A stretch of DNA of 64,000 nt from Candidatus Heimdallarchaeota archaeon (GTDB lineage: Archaea; Asgardarchaeota; Heimdallarchaeia; Heimdallarchaeales; Heimdallarchaeaceae): assembly GCA_030603365.1 (NCBI GenBank), contig JAUVXV010000003.1:256001-320000 (forward strand), read 5' to 3'. This document shows positions 50,191-58,971 of the stretch, piece by piece; position 1 is the first letter of the stretch, and every line of letters starts with the position of its first letter. The position numbers and the translations under genes are program-made. The notes beneath the pieces were generated by a model. That model had not been told where the DNA came from. It ran no database searches and was given only the letters and a program-made list of their open reading frames with translations.

Positions 50191-51957
50191 TTGTTTAATA
50201 TGAATACTAAGAAGATAATTGAATGTGCAATGGCTAATATTAAAGCTAATATAATTTTACGTGGGGGGAAATATGTTAATGTTTACACAAGAGAAATTCT
50301 GAATGGAGATATCGTCATTACTGAAGACAAAATAGTACATATTGGCGAAAAAACCAAGGAATTCGAAGGAGAAAATACTCAAGTTATAGAACTCAGTGAA
50401 GAGGTGATTTGCCCTGGTTTGATAGAATCACATGTCCATATAGAATCTTCTATGTTAACACTCTCAGAATTCACTAAGGCAGTGATTCCTCATGGGACTA
50501 CAACTGCTGTTATTGACCCTCATGAACTAGTTAATGTATCTGGCATTCCTGGATTGGATATTTTGATGGACGAAGCTAAAAGATTACCCATAAGATATTT
50601 GATTGAAGCTCCCTCTTGTGTACCTTCTCTGCCCGGCTTTGAAACCTCAGGAGCGGTTCTGGATAAATCAGATATTGAGAAACTAATGTCTAGAGAGGAT
50701 ATTTTTGCTTTAGCTGAAATGATGAATTATCCCGGTGTATTTTTAGGTTTTGAAGATGTGATTAGCAAATTAGATTCTGCAAAGAAATACGGAAAGATTG
50801 TAGAAGGTCATGCACCATTATTGCAAGGTAAAGAATTACAAGCTTATATTGCAGCAGGTATATCCTCAGATCATGAAGCAACTTCTAGTGAAGAAGCATT
50901 AGAGAAATTGAGATTAGGTATGAAGTTGCAGATTCGTCAAGGTTCTTTTGCAAAAGATCTTGAAAAAATACTAACTGGTTTAAAAAAATATCAAATTGAT
51001 ACTCGAAATATCATCATAGCAAGTGATGATAAAAATCCTGTAGATTTAATGGACGAAGGGCATCTAGACTCAACATATAGATTGATGTTAAAGTCAGGTA
51101 TTGACCCTTTAGAAGCACTTCAGATGCTGACTCTCAATTCTGCTACTCATCTTGGATTGCAAGATCTAATAGGGGGAATTGCTCCTGGAAAAAATGCTGA
51201 CATAATAGTAGTAGATAATCTAGAAAGTTTCAATGTTAAATTAGTAATTTCCAACGGACAAATAGTTTTTGACCAAAATAAAGTTATTATGAAAGAGAAG
51301 TCAAAATCATATCCTAATTTCATTCTAGACACACTTTCAAATCTTCAAATTCCTACTATAGAAGACTTAAAGATTCACACACAGAAAGTAGGTAAAGTTA
51401 ATGTTAAAGTTATTGGGGTGGAAGAACACTCTCTTGTTACACAGAAGTTGACAGCTAACCTGAAAGTTGAAAATGGAATTATTATTCCTGATATAGAAAA
51501 TGATATTCTTCCAATCGTGATTATTAATAGACATACACAAGAGAAGAAAATCGGCAAAGGATTTGTAAAAGGGCTTGGAATAAAAGGAGGCGCTTTGGCT
51601 AGCACAGTTGCTCATGATTGTCATCAATTAATATGCACTGGAACAGATTATACTCTTATGTTAAAAGCAATAGAAACAGTGAAGGAAATGAACGGAGGAC
51701 AAGTTGTAGCAACTAAAGATGGAGTAACTTCCTTACAACTTAATTTTGCTGGAATTATGAGCACTAAACCTTTGGAACAAGTAGTAGAAGAAACAAAAAC
51801 TTTACACAATGCTTTAGAACAATTAAATCCTAGGGTTTCAGAGCCTTTCATGGCTTTAGCTTTTATTGCACTACCAGTTATTCCACATCTGAAAATTACT
51901 GACTTTGGTTTAATTGATGCTGATAAATTTGAGATAGTTGAAGTAGAGAATGATTAA
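50191..51957 (+). CDS. ade: Adenine deaminase
   Basis: ESHVHIESS, DPHE, PSCVP, EMMNYPG, SDHE, STVAHDCH. Confidence 0.95.
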   Translation: MFNMNTKKIIECAMANIKANIILRGGKYVNVYTREILNGDIVITEDKIVHIGEKTKEFEGENTQVIELSEEVICPGLIESHVHIESSMLTLSEFTKAVIPHGTTTAVIDPHELVNVSGIPGLDILMDEAKRLPIRYLIEAPSCVPSLPGFETSGAVLDKSDIEKLMSREDIFALAEMMNYPGVFLGFEDVISKLDSAKKYGKIVEGHAPLLQGKELQAYIAAGISSDHEATSSEEALEKLRLGMKLQIRQGSFAKDLEKILTGLKKYQIDTRNIIIASDDKNPVDLMDEGHLDSTYRLMLKSGIDPLEALQMLTLNSATHLGLQDLIGGIAPGKNADIIVVDNLESFNVKLVISNGQIVFDQNKVIMKEKSKSYPNFILDTLSNLQIPTIEDLKIHTQKVGKVNVKVIGVEEHSLVTQKLTANLKVENGIIIPDIENDILPIVIINRHTQEKKIGKGFVKGLGIKGGALASTVAHDCHQLICTGTDYTLMLKAIETVKEMNGGQVVATKDGVTSLQLNFAGIMSTKPLEQVVEETKTLHNALEQLNPRVSEPFMALAFIALPVIPHLKITDFGLIDADKFEIVEVEND

Positions 51958-52006
51958 TTAAATCTGATTCAAAAAACTTTTAATTTCTCCTATATTCTTC
52001 CAATAT

Positions 52007-52726
52007 ATGACTGAACTACTTTACCAAAAAGATTCGTACATTAGGGAATTCAAAGCTGTAATAACTGAAGTTGTTGATGATTTCGTTGTTTTAGATAGAA
52101 CCGCATTTTCTCCAACTGGAGGTGGTTTAATGTGCGATACTGGAACATTGACTACAGCAAGTAGAGATGTATACAAGGTTGTAGAGGTTATATCTAGAGG
52201 CGGCAAAGTGAAGCATAAATTATCGCCTATACCTGAAGCAGAAATTCAAGGTGGCAAAATTAAGGGTAAAATTGATTGGGAAAAGCGTTACAAACAGATG
52301 AGACTTCATACAACTATACATTCAATTTCAGGAACATTGTATAAAAAATATGGAACTACAGTTACGGGTGGAAATATTACACCTGAGAAGAGTCGTGTCG
52401 AGTTTGATATTGATCATCTAAGACAAGAGAGGGTTCAAGAGATTGAAGAGGCAATGAGAGAAATAATCAATGGAAATCACATGGTAACTGTGTCTTTCTT
52501 AGAGAGAGAAGAAGCTCTGAAAGATCCAGATTTAATTCGAACAAAAGTCAACCTTATTCCTGAAAGTGTTAAGATATTAAGGATAGTTGAAATAGAAACT
52601 GTAGATCGTCAAGCTGATGGTGGGGTTCATGTTAAGAGTACCAAAGAAATAGGTACATTTGTCCCTCTTAAAACCGAAAACAGAGGTAAGGATAAGAAAA
52701 GATTGTATTTTACAGTGCGACCATGA
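52007..52726 (+). CDS. alaX: AlaX alanyl-tRNA editing protein
   Basis: LDRTAFSPTGGG, MRLHTTIH, QADGGVH. Confidence 0.93.
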   Translation: MTELLYQKDSYIREFKAVITEVVDDFVVLDRTAFSPTGGGLMCDTGTLTTASRDVYKVVEVISRGGKVKHKLSPIPEAEIQGGKIKGKIDWEKRYKQMRLHTTIHSISGTLYKKYGTTVTGGNITPEKSRVEFDIDHLRQERVQEIEEAMREIINGNHMVTVSFLEREEALKDPDLIRTKVNLIPESVKILRIVEIETVDRQADGGVHVKSTKEIGTFVPLKTENRGKDKKRLYFTVRP

Positions 52727-52827
52727 AACTACTTACTAATATTTTTTTCCATAGGTTTAACCGATAAGGTTAAAAACGTGTCTTATTCAACGATAGAACA
52801 AGTAGATAACGTTATTAAGGGATATTC

Positions 52828-53814
52828 ATGAATAGACGCAGTTTCGTAGGATTATTTGCTATTCTCGTAATTCTAGGATCTTCTTCAGCAAAAACTTGGG
52901 GTGCATCTGCATTAATGGATCAAATAGATGACAATACTCCCACATTTAACGCAGAAGGTGACGTTGAGCACTCAATAGTTGCACCAAATACAGTTAATAT
53001 GTCTCAATTAGATCTTTATGATTACTATGGTAGTGTTAGTTCAGATAAAAGGTTCAAATGGAAAATTACTCATCTTGAAAGAACTGATAATTTTCATATT
53101 CAAGAAGGTGATAAGAAACTCAAACAAGGAGACAAAATAATTTTAATTATGGGAGGCGACCCTTGGCTACAGAGAACCGAACCACATTCTTGGTGCCAGA
53201 TTTATGTTAATGATGTGATGGCAAGATACACAGATGACAACGCTCATGGAAGAGCAGTCTTCAAATTTATACAACCAGTTGCACTTAATCTTTTGGAGAA
53301 TTTTACAAATATACTCTATTATAACACCTCATCTTTCATCAATTATTATAGTAATAATTTCAATTACACCCAAAACTTCTGGAATGACTATGGTGGCAAT
53401 ATTTACAACTATACAGATTTGGGTAATGAAGGATTCTTTTCATATATGGAAACTTCTCCATTTGTAAATAGAGAATACTGGACTTTTGACGAAGATTTAA
53501 TAATTTATACAAACACCATAATATCAGAAGTCAATAATGTTACAGAAGTTACTCTAATCTATGACAGAGCAACAGGTTTCTTAAATGAAATGGAATATTC
53601 TACTTCCTTCATCAACGGATCAGGATTCTTTGCAGGTGCTAATCTATCATTGGTTAGACTTCATGGTTGGGGTTTACCTTACACTATCACAACATGGGTT
53701 GTTTGGATACCAATTATATTATTTATTGTAGGTTTAATCGTAGCAGTAAGATTGCACGCTTTCCAAAGGTTGAAATTATATCTTGAAGCAAGAAAAATAG
53801 CTAAGAGAGATTAG
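52828..53814 (+). CDS. Secreted, C-terminally anchored surface protein (family member 3)
   Basis: Signal peptide; FKWKITHL, QGDKIILIMGGDP, WCQIYVND, LIYDRATGFL; LPY + TM. Confidence 0.78.
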   Translation: MNRRSFVGLFAILVILGSSSAKTWGASALMDQIDDNTPTFNAEGDVEHSIVAPNTVNMSQLDLYDYYGSVSSDKRFKWKITHLERTDNFHIQEGDKKLKQGDKIILIMGGDPWLQRTEPHSWCQIYVNDVMARYTDDNAHGRAVFKFIQPVALNLLENFTNILYYNTSSFINYYSNNFNYTQNFWNDYGGNIYNYTDLGNEGFFSYMETSPFVNREYWTFDEDLIIYTNTIISEVNNVTEVTLIYDRATGFLNEMEYSTSFINGSGFFAGANLSLVRLHGWGLPYTITTWVVWIPIILFIVGLIVAVRLHAFQRLKLYLEARKIAKRD

Positions 53815-53956
53815 ACTTTCTTCTATTTCCTTTTCTTTTCTTATAGTTTTACTTTATTTTCCATAAATCGAAACTGTTATATGTCCTATTAACAGAGTTA
53901 TCCTCTCTGAAGAAAAGTAAATGAAAATAATTTTATTTATATTATGAGTTGATATT

Positions 53957-55480
53957 ATGACTACATTAAATGCTAAAAAAGTCAACTTTGAAATTGAACG
54001 AAATATAGCAATATTAAATATTCAAACATTAAATGAACTTAAGATTAAACATTCCGCAAATATCAAAGTTAAAAGCGATTCTGGTGAAATCATGTGCGAG
54101 GTTTTAAGCACAGATACATTAATCGAACCAGGATTTATTGGATTGAAAGAGAAATCAATCGAAGATTTAAAAATTACAGAAAATACCAAAATAAGTGTTT
54201 TTATCAGACGACGTCCTCAATCACTTGAATATGTTAAAAATAAAAGAGGAGGATCTGTTTGGAAAGAGGGAGAGATACGCTCAATTGTAAACGATATCTG
54301 TAGCGGACAATATACAGAGTTAGAAATTTCCATGTTTACTTTGGCTCAATATTATTTGGGTTTAAACATGGATGAGATTGCAAACCTAACAACTTTTATG
54401 GCTGAGTATGGTACAACATTGGATTTCGAAGAACCAGTTTATGACAAACATTCTATTGGTGGAATTCCAGGGAATAAAGTCAGTTTGATAATTGTTCCCA
54501 CAGTCGCTGCAGCTGGCTTATTAATTCCAAAAACAAGTTCTAGGGCTATAACTTCACCTAGTGGAACAGCTGATACTATGGAAGTACTCTGTGATGTGAA
54601 TTTCTCTGCCGATGAAATATTAGAAATAGCTCCAAAAGTTAGAGGTATGCTAGTTTGGGGTGGAACACTAGATTTGTCACCTCTTGATGAAATTGTTATT
54701 CATCAAATAGAACAACCATTAGGAATTGACCCTCATAGTCAAATGCTTGCCAGTATTTTTAGCAAAAAAGTTTCAACTGGTGTAAACCATATGGTATTAG
54801 ATATTCCTACAGGTGAAGGTACAAAAATGCCAACTAAGGATGATGCAATTAATTATGCACATGAAGCTACAGAATTAGGTAGAAGACTAGGGATTTCAAT
54901 CGAAGCTGCATTGAGTTATGGCGAACAACCTCTGGGTAAAGCGGTAGGTCCAGCATTAGAAGCAAGAGAAGCTTTAGAAGTGATCAATGGGAATGGACCT
55001 ACAAGTGTCTTTGAGAAAAGTGCAGAACTTTCAGGTATTCTTTTTGAAATGGCAGGTCTTGCACAACCAGGTCAAGGGGCTCATTTAGCAGCAGATTTCA
55101 TACTAAAAGGAAAAACAAAGGCTAAGATGGAAGAAATCATAGGTGTTCAAGGAGGAAACGCAACTGTTAATCCAGAAGATATTGTTATAGGTGATAAAGT
55201 AGCAACTGTTGTAGCTCCAAAGGATGGATATATTGTTAAACTATCCAATTCTAATGTAAAGAAAATAGCTAAGGCAGCAGGTGCTCCTCGTCACAAAGAA
55301 GCAGGTGTTTATCTTCACAAGAAAATTGGTGACTTCTGTAAAAAGGATGACAAATTATTGACTATTTATTCAAATAGTGAAGGAAGACTGACAGAAGCTC
55401 TCAACATATCAATGAATCTTCAACCATTTATACTAGAAGGAATGATAATAAAACGTATTTCTTCTGGAACTAAAATCTAA
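53957..55480 (+). CDS. deoA: AMP phosphorylase (thymidine phosphorylase family)
   Basis: DKHSIGGIPGNK, PKTSSRAITSPSGTADTME, GPALEAREAL; archaeal-type N-terminal domain. Confidence 0.93.
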   Translation: MTTLNAKKVNFEIERNIAILNIQTLNELKIKHSANIKVKSDSGEIMCEVLSTDTLIEPGFIGLKEKSIEDLKITENTKISVFIRRRPQSLEYVKNKRGGSVWKEGEIRSIVNDICSGQYTELEISMFTLAQYYLGLNMDEIANLTTFMAEYGTTLDFEEPVYDKHSIGGIPGNKVSLIIVPTVAAAGLLIPKTSSRAITSPSGTADTMEVLCDVNFSADEILEIAPKVRGMLVWGGTLDLSPLDEIVIHQIEQPLGIDPHSQMLASIFSKKVSTGVNHMVLDIPTGEGTKMPTKDDAINYAHEATELGRRLGISIEAALSYGEQPLGKAVGPALEAREALEVINGNGPTSVFEKSAELSGILFEMAGLAQPGQGAHLAADFILKGKTKAKMEEIIGVQGGNATVNPEDIVIGDKVATVVAPKDGYIVKLSNSNVKKIAKAAGAPRHKEAGVYLHKKIGDFCKKDDKLLTIYSNSEGRLTEALNISMNLQPFILEGMIIKRISSGTKI

Positions 55481-55958
55481 GAAATCTGGAATCTTCCTGT
55501 ATTTCTTCTACATCCATTTTTTCACCCTCTTTTTTTAGAACCATTTTATGCATGTATAGAGATTGATCCAAAAATTGGATGTTGAAACCTACTTTTTGCC
55601 AAAAGGGAGTGACAAATGGAGAACAACAAAGTTGAATTGTATCCTCTTCTATGACCCTTTGTGTTAGTATTTGTGCACATCTCTGACCAATTCCTTTTTT
55701 TCTCAAATCCTCCCTAACTTCAAACACATAGATTATAGGACAGCCTACAGACATGAATCCTCCTTCATAGTCAGGTTCATCTGGAATAACAGCTGTAACA
55801 GCAACAATCTCTTCCTCCATCATAAATCCGTAGCATTTGATCTGTTCATCAAAAAACATTCGATATGAAGTGAAAAATGGAAATGAATGAGCTGGAACAT
55901 CATCATAATCAACAATTTGGACGTTTATTTCCTTCTCTTGTAGATCTTCCTCATTCAT
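55470..55958 (-). CDS. GNAT family acetyltransferase
   Basis: FEVREDLRKKGIG, FWQKVGF. Confidence 0.85.
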   Translation of the reverse strand: MNEEDLQEKEINVQIVDYDDVPAHSFPFFTSYRMFFDEQIKCYGFMMEEEIVAVTAVIPDEPDYEGGFMSVGCPIIYVFEVREDLRKKGIGQRCAQILTQRVIEEDTIQLCCSPFVTPFWQKVGFNIQFLDQSLYMHKMVLKKEGEKMDVEEIQEDSRFLRF

Positions 55959-56080
55959 TTTAGTACCCTGTACCTACTTTTTACGTTTAAATGTAAATAA
56001 AATTATACATGGTGCTAGTCTGCAAAGCGGAAGACTTTTTATTTCTGAAAATCTGCTTTACTTTGTTGAGGAGATAATTT

Positions 56081-57289
56081 ATGTCCAATTTTGATTATGT
56101 AGAAGATGCTATGTTCGGAAAATCAATATTTAAAAATGAATCAACTCTTTATCCTGAATATGTTCCACCCGATCTTCCTACAAGAGAAGAGGATATCGCT
56201 AGATTGGCTAGAAACTTCAGATCTCTCTTAGGAAAAGAAGGCTCATTTTCAGTCAATGTAGCAATAGTCGGGCATGCAGGTATAGGCAAGACAAATTTAT
56301 GCAAATATACAATGAAACGTTTTGAAGAAGCAGCCAATGCAAGACATATCAATGTGAAATTCCTTTATTACAACTGCCACTCTTTCAGAAGTAAAACAGC
56401 TGTTCTTAGAAATGTTCTATCAGAGCATTTTAGGATACAATCAAGAGGTTTTAGTGATGAAGAGATATTAGACATGCTAGTTAAAAGATTGATAAAAGAA
56501 AATATTAGGTTAATAATTGCCCTAGATGAGGCTAACATGCTCAATTCCGAGGATATCTTGAGTATATTTCATGCAGGGGAGTATTTTGGGTCTGAACAAA
56601 GTATGATCTCTACAATCATCATTTCGAGACCGATAGAATGGCGATCGCTTCTGAATGTACCTCTTTCTGGGCATATTCATGACCAAATTGATCTTGAGGG
56701 ATACAACAGAGACCAGTTGCTTCAGATACTCAAATATCGAGCAGAGAAAGCACTCTATCCAACAGCTTATTCTGATGAAACACTTGATTTAATTGCCGAT
56801 ATATGTTCTGCATCAAGAAACGCTAGACATGGTTTAGAAATTCTATATCGATCTGGTAAACTTGTTGATCTGAAAAAAGAAAATTCTATTCTACCAGATT
56901 ATATTAGAGCAGCTAAGGCTGATGTTTATCCTGAATTAAGACGAGATGTTTTAGAAGAACTACGTAGTCATGAATTATTAGCCGCTTTAGGTGTAGCTAA
57001 AAAATTAGCCAAACAAGGTATCACATCAACTTCTGTGGATGAAGCTTATGATAACTATGTATTGGCATGTGAAGAGTATGGAGAAGAAGTGAGAGGAAAA
57101 TCAACATTTAGATCTGCACTAGATACTTTACATAAGGTAGGAATCATTGGGAAAAGTGTTGGCCCAATTGAGGAAGGCAAAAGAGGTAGAAGAGCGAAAA
57201 TTACAACCTTTGATATCCCTGCAACAGTGTTAGTTGAACGAATAGAGAATATTTTATCTAAACCAAGAAATATACATGGACATAACTAG
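56081..57289 (+). CDS. cdc6: Cdc6/Orc1 replication initiator
   Basis: YVPPDLPTRE, Walker A GHAGIGKT, Walker B LDE, RNARHGL, C-terminal winged helix with GKRGR. Confidence 0.95.
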   Translation: MSNFDYVEDAMFGKSIFKNESTLYPEYVPPDLPTREEDIARLARNFRSLLGKEGSFSVNVAIVGHAGIGKTNLCKYTMKRFEEAANARHINVKFLYYNCHSFRSKTAVLRNVLSEHFRIQSRGFSDEEILDMLVKRLIKENIRLIIALDEANMLNSEDILSIFHAGEYFGSEQSMISTIIISRPIEWRSLLNVPLSGHIHDQIDLEGYNRDQLLQILKYRAEKALYPTAYSDETLDLIADICSASRNARHGLEILYRSGKLVDLKKENSILPDYIRAAKADVYPELRRDVLEELRSHELLAALGVAKKLAKQGITSTSVDEAYDNYVLACEEYGEEVRGKSTFRSALDTLHKVGIIGKSVGPIEEGKRGRRAKITTFDIPATVLVERIENILSKPRNIHGHN

Positions 57290-57519
57290 TTGACACAAAT
57301 CATTGTCATGGAATTTTTTACTCCTTCAACTATGATATTATTATTTAGTACTTGATTCTTGAGTTCATCCATAGTTTCATATACAATTTTAACTATAAGA
57401 TCATAAATTCCATATACTGCATAAACTTCAGTAACTTCTTTGATTTGCTTTAAACCCTCTTGAACGGCTTCGAGCATTCCAGGTTGAACATTTAGAAGAA
57501 TATAAGCTGCTTGTGTCAT
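57286..57519 (-). CDS. Stand-alone Lrp/AsnC ligand-binding domain protein
   Basis: AYILLNV..EVYAVYGIYDLIVKI. Confidence 0.88.
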   Translation of the reverse strand: MTQAAYILLNVQPGMLEAVQEGLKQIKEVTEVYAVYGIYDLIVKIVYETMDELKNQVLNNNIIVEGVKNSMTMICVN

Positions 57520-57646
57520 TTTTAAACACTTTGTATTTTTGGGATGACAGATTCAAATCCATTTAAAAAAACTAACATTGGGACATGAGTAAAGAAAATT
57601 GTAATTTTTTATAAAAAGAATAAAAGAAAAAAGTAAAGCAAATAGG

Positions 57647-58966
57647 TTATTTTTGAGTTATTCGCAGTCTGGATTTACATGCGGGACAAGTCCCGTTTCC
57701 TACTATCCATTGGTAAAGATGATTTTTGTGGTATGCTATGTCACAAGAAGGACATCGAATTAGATTTTTATGATCGCCAATGATTTGCAAGCAAATCGAA
57801 CATTTGACTTTACTTTTTTCTGAGGTTTTAAGGCTATAATCTTCTATTGCATCATTAAAATTAATTGCTACAGTTTCTTGAGGTTGATATGAAACGGATT
57901 CATTTAAGTACTGAAATTTAGCAGAAGGTATATGTATCGAATCCATTACTGTTTTTTTTCTTCTCCTACGAACTACAACTCGGAAACAGATTGCTATAAA
58001 AGCGAATATAATCGCTCCATAGAGGAATAATCTAGCGAAATAAATAATAATGACCCAAAAGAAACTGGCATCTGAATTATAGTAATTATAGTAATCAATA
58101 TACCACATATAGTAGTAATCCGAATGAACCAAATCCAAAGGAATTTCCTCTAGATTATTATCTCCATAATTCAAAAATAATCTTGTAATATAGTTTTCTG
58201 CGATATGATCATAGTATAGTTTTGTAGAAATCCAACTAGTTGAGTTATAATCTTCAAATTTCAAACTTAAATTATACCACACATCAGGGACTAAGTAGTC
58301 ATATGTCCATAGAGTGAAGCTTTTGTCTTCTTCATAATCTAAATTGCTATCCAAATGAGCCACAAAATCATCATTTTCATAATAGATTGTTATAGAAAAA
58401 TTATCACTATTAATGAAATTATCAACTATGCTAACTACCATTTTTTCAACTTCTTGATATTCAAATTCCGATCTTTCTATTCCAAAGTATACATCCAAGT
58501 CAGGTTTAGTAATAAGTTCATAGGTCCAAAGTGTATAGTGGTTGTCAATACTTAGTGAATATCCTAATTCCTCAACATTTAGCGCAGTGAAGACAATTTT
58601 TACAATCCCTGTTATTCGAGAATCAGTTATAAAATGATGATTTTCAACATCGCTAGAAGGTATAAGCCAACTCTTTATTTCAGTATCATTAAAATCAAAT
58701 ACAAGACTTATTAATAATCCTTGATAAGGACCTTCAATATCTTCTCCCCAGTAGTTAACTATTGTCCTAAATTCCAAATATTCACTATCTAACTGAACAA
58801 ATAGTGTGGTTTCATTAAAAATCAAATTAGCATAGAAGTCATGACTTTGCACTGTGGAATTATAACTGAAATCAGCTTCAGTTTCCCCTATTGATTGTAT
58901 GTTACTCAACAATAATATTGCGAATAAAAGAAAAAAAATGAAAGGGAGGTTTTTAAATTTCTTCAC
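57647..58966 (-). CDS. Single-pass membrane protein with extracellular domain and cytoplasmic C-terminal RING finger (putative E3 ligase)
   Basis: Signal peptide, TM followed by RRRRKK, then CSIC-x12-CPSC-x4-HKNH..W..CPAC (57677..57802). Confidence 0.82.
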   Translation of the reverse strand: MKKFKNLPFIFFLLFAILLLSNIQSIGETEADFSYNSTVQSHDFYANLIFNETTLFVQLDSEYLEFRTIVNYWGEDIEGPYQGLLISLVFDFNDTEIKSWLIPSSDVENHHFITDSRITGIVKIVFTALNVEELGYSLSIDNHYTLWTYELITKPDLDVYFGIERSEFEYQEVEKMVVSIVDNFINSDNFSITIYYENDDFVAHLDSNLDYEEDKSFTLWTYDYLVPDVWYNLSLKFEDYNSTSWISTKLYYDHIAENYITRLFLNYGDNNLEEIPLDLVHSDYYYMWYIDYYNYYNSDASFFWVIIIYFARLFLYGAIIFAFIAICFRVVVRRRRKKTVMDSIHIPSAKFQYLNESVSYQPQETVAINFNDAIEDYSLKTSEKSKVKCSICLQIIGDHKNLIRCPSCDIAYHKNHLYQWIVGNGTCPACKSRLRITQK

Positions 58967-58971
58967 TTATT

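Noticed and set aside
52607-52630. AlaX QADGGVH lacking the CGGxH cysteine
   Set aside because: The Asp variant is, to my knowledge, common in one AlaX subgroup, so it is not evidence of inactivation.
55959-56080. Replication origin next to cdc6
   Set aside because: No recognisable ORB (TTCCAGTGGAAAC-like) repeats in the 122-bp upstream spacer or nearby spacers.
1244-58555. Many short ORF-track entries antisense or frame-shifted within long genes (e.g. 1244, 5186, 12358, 21447, 31348, 34569, 56149)
   Set aside because: Shadow ORFs overlapping well-supported genes, with no motifs of their own.
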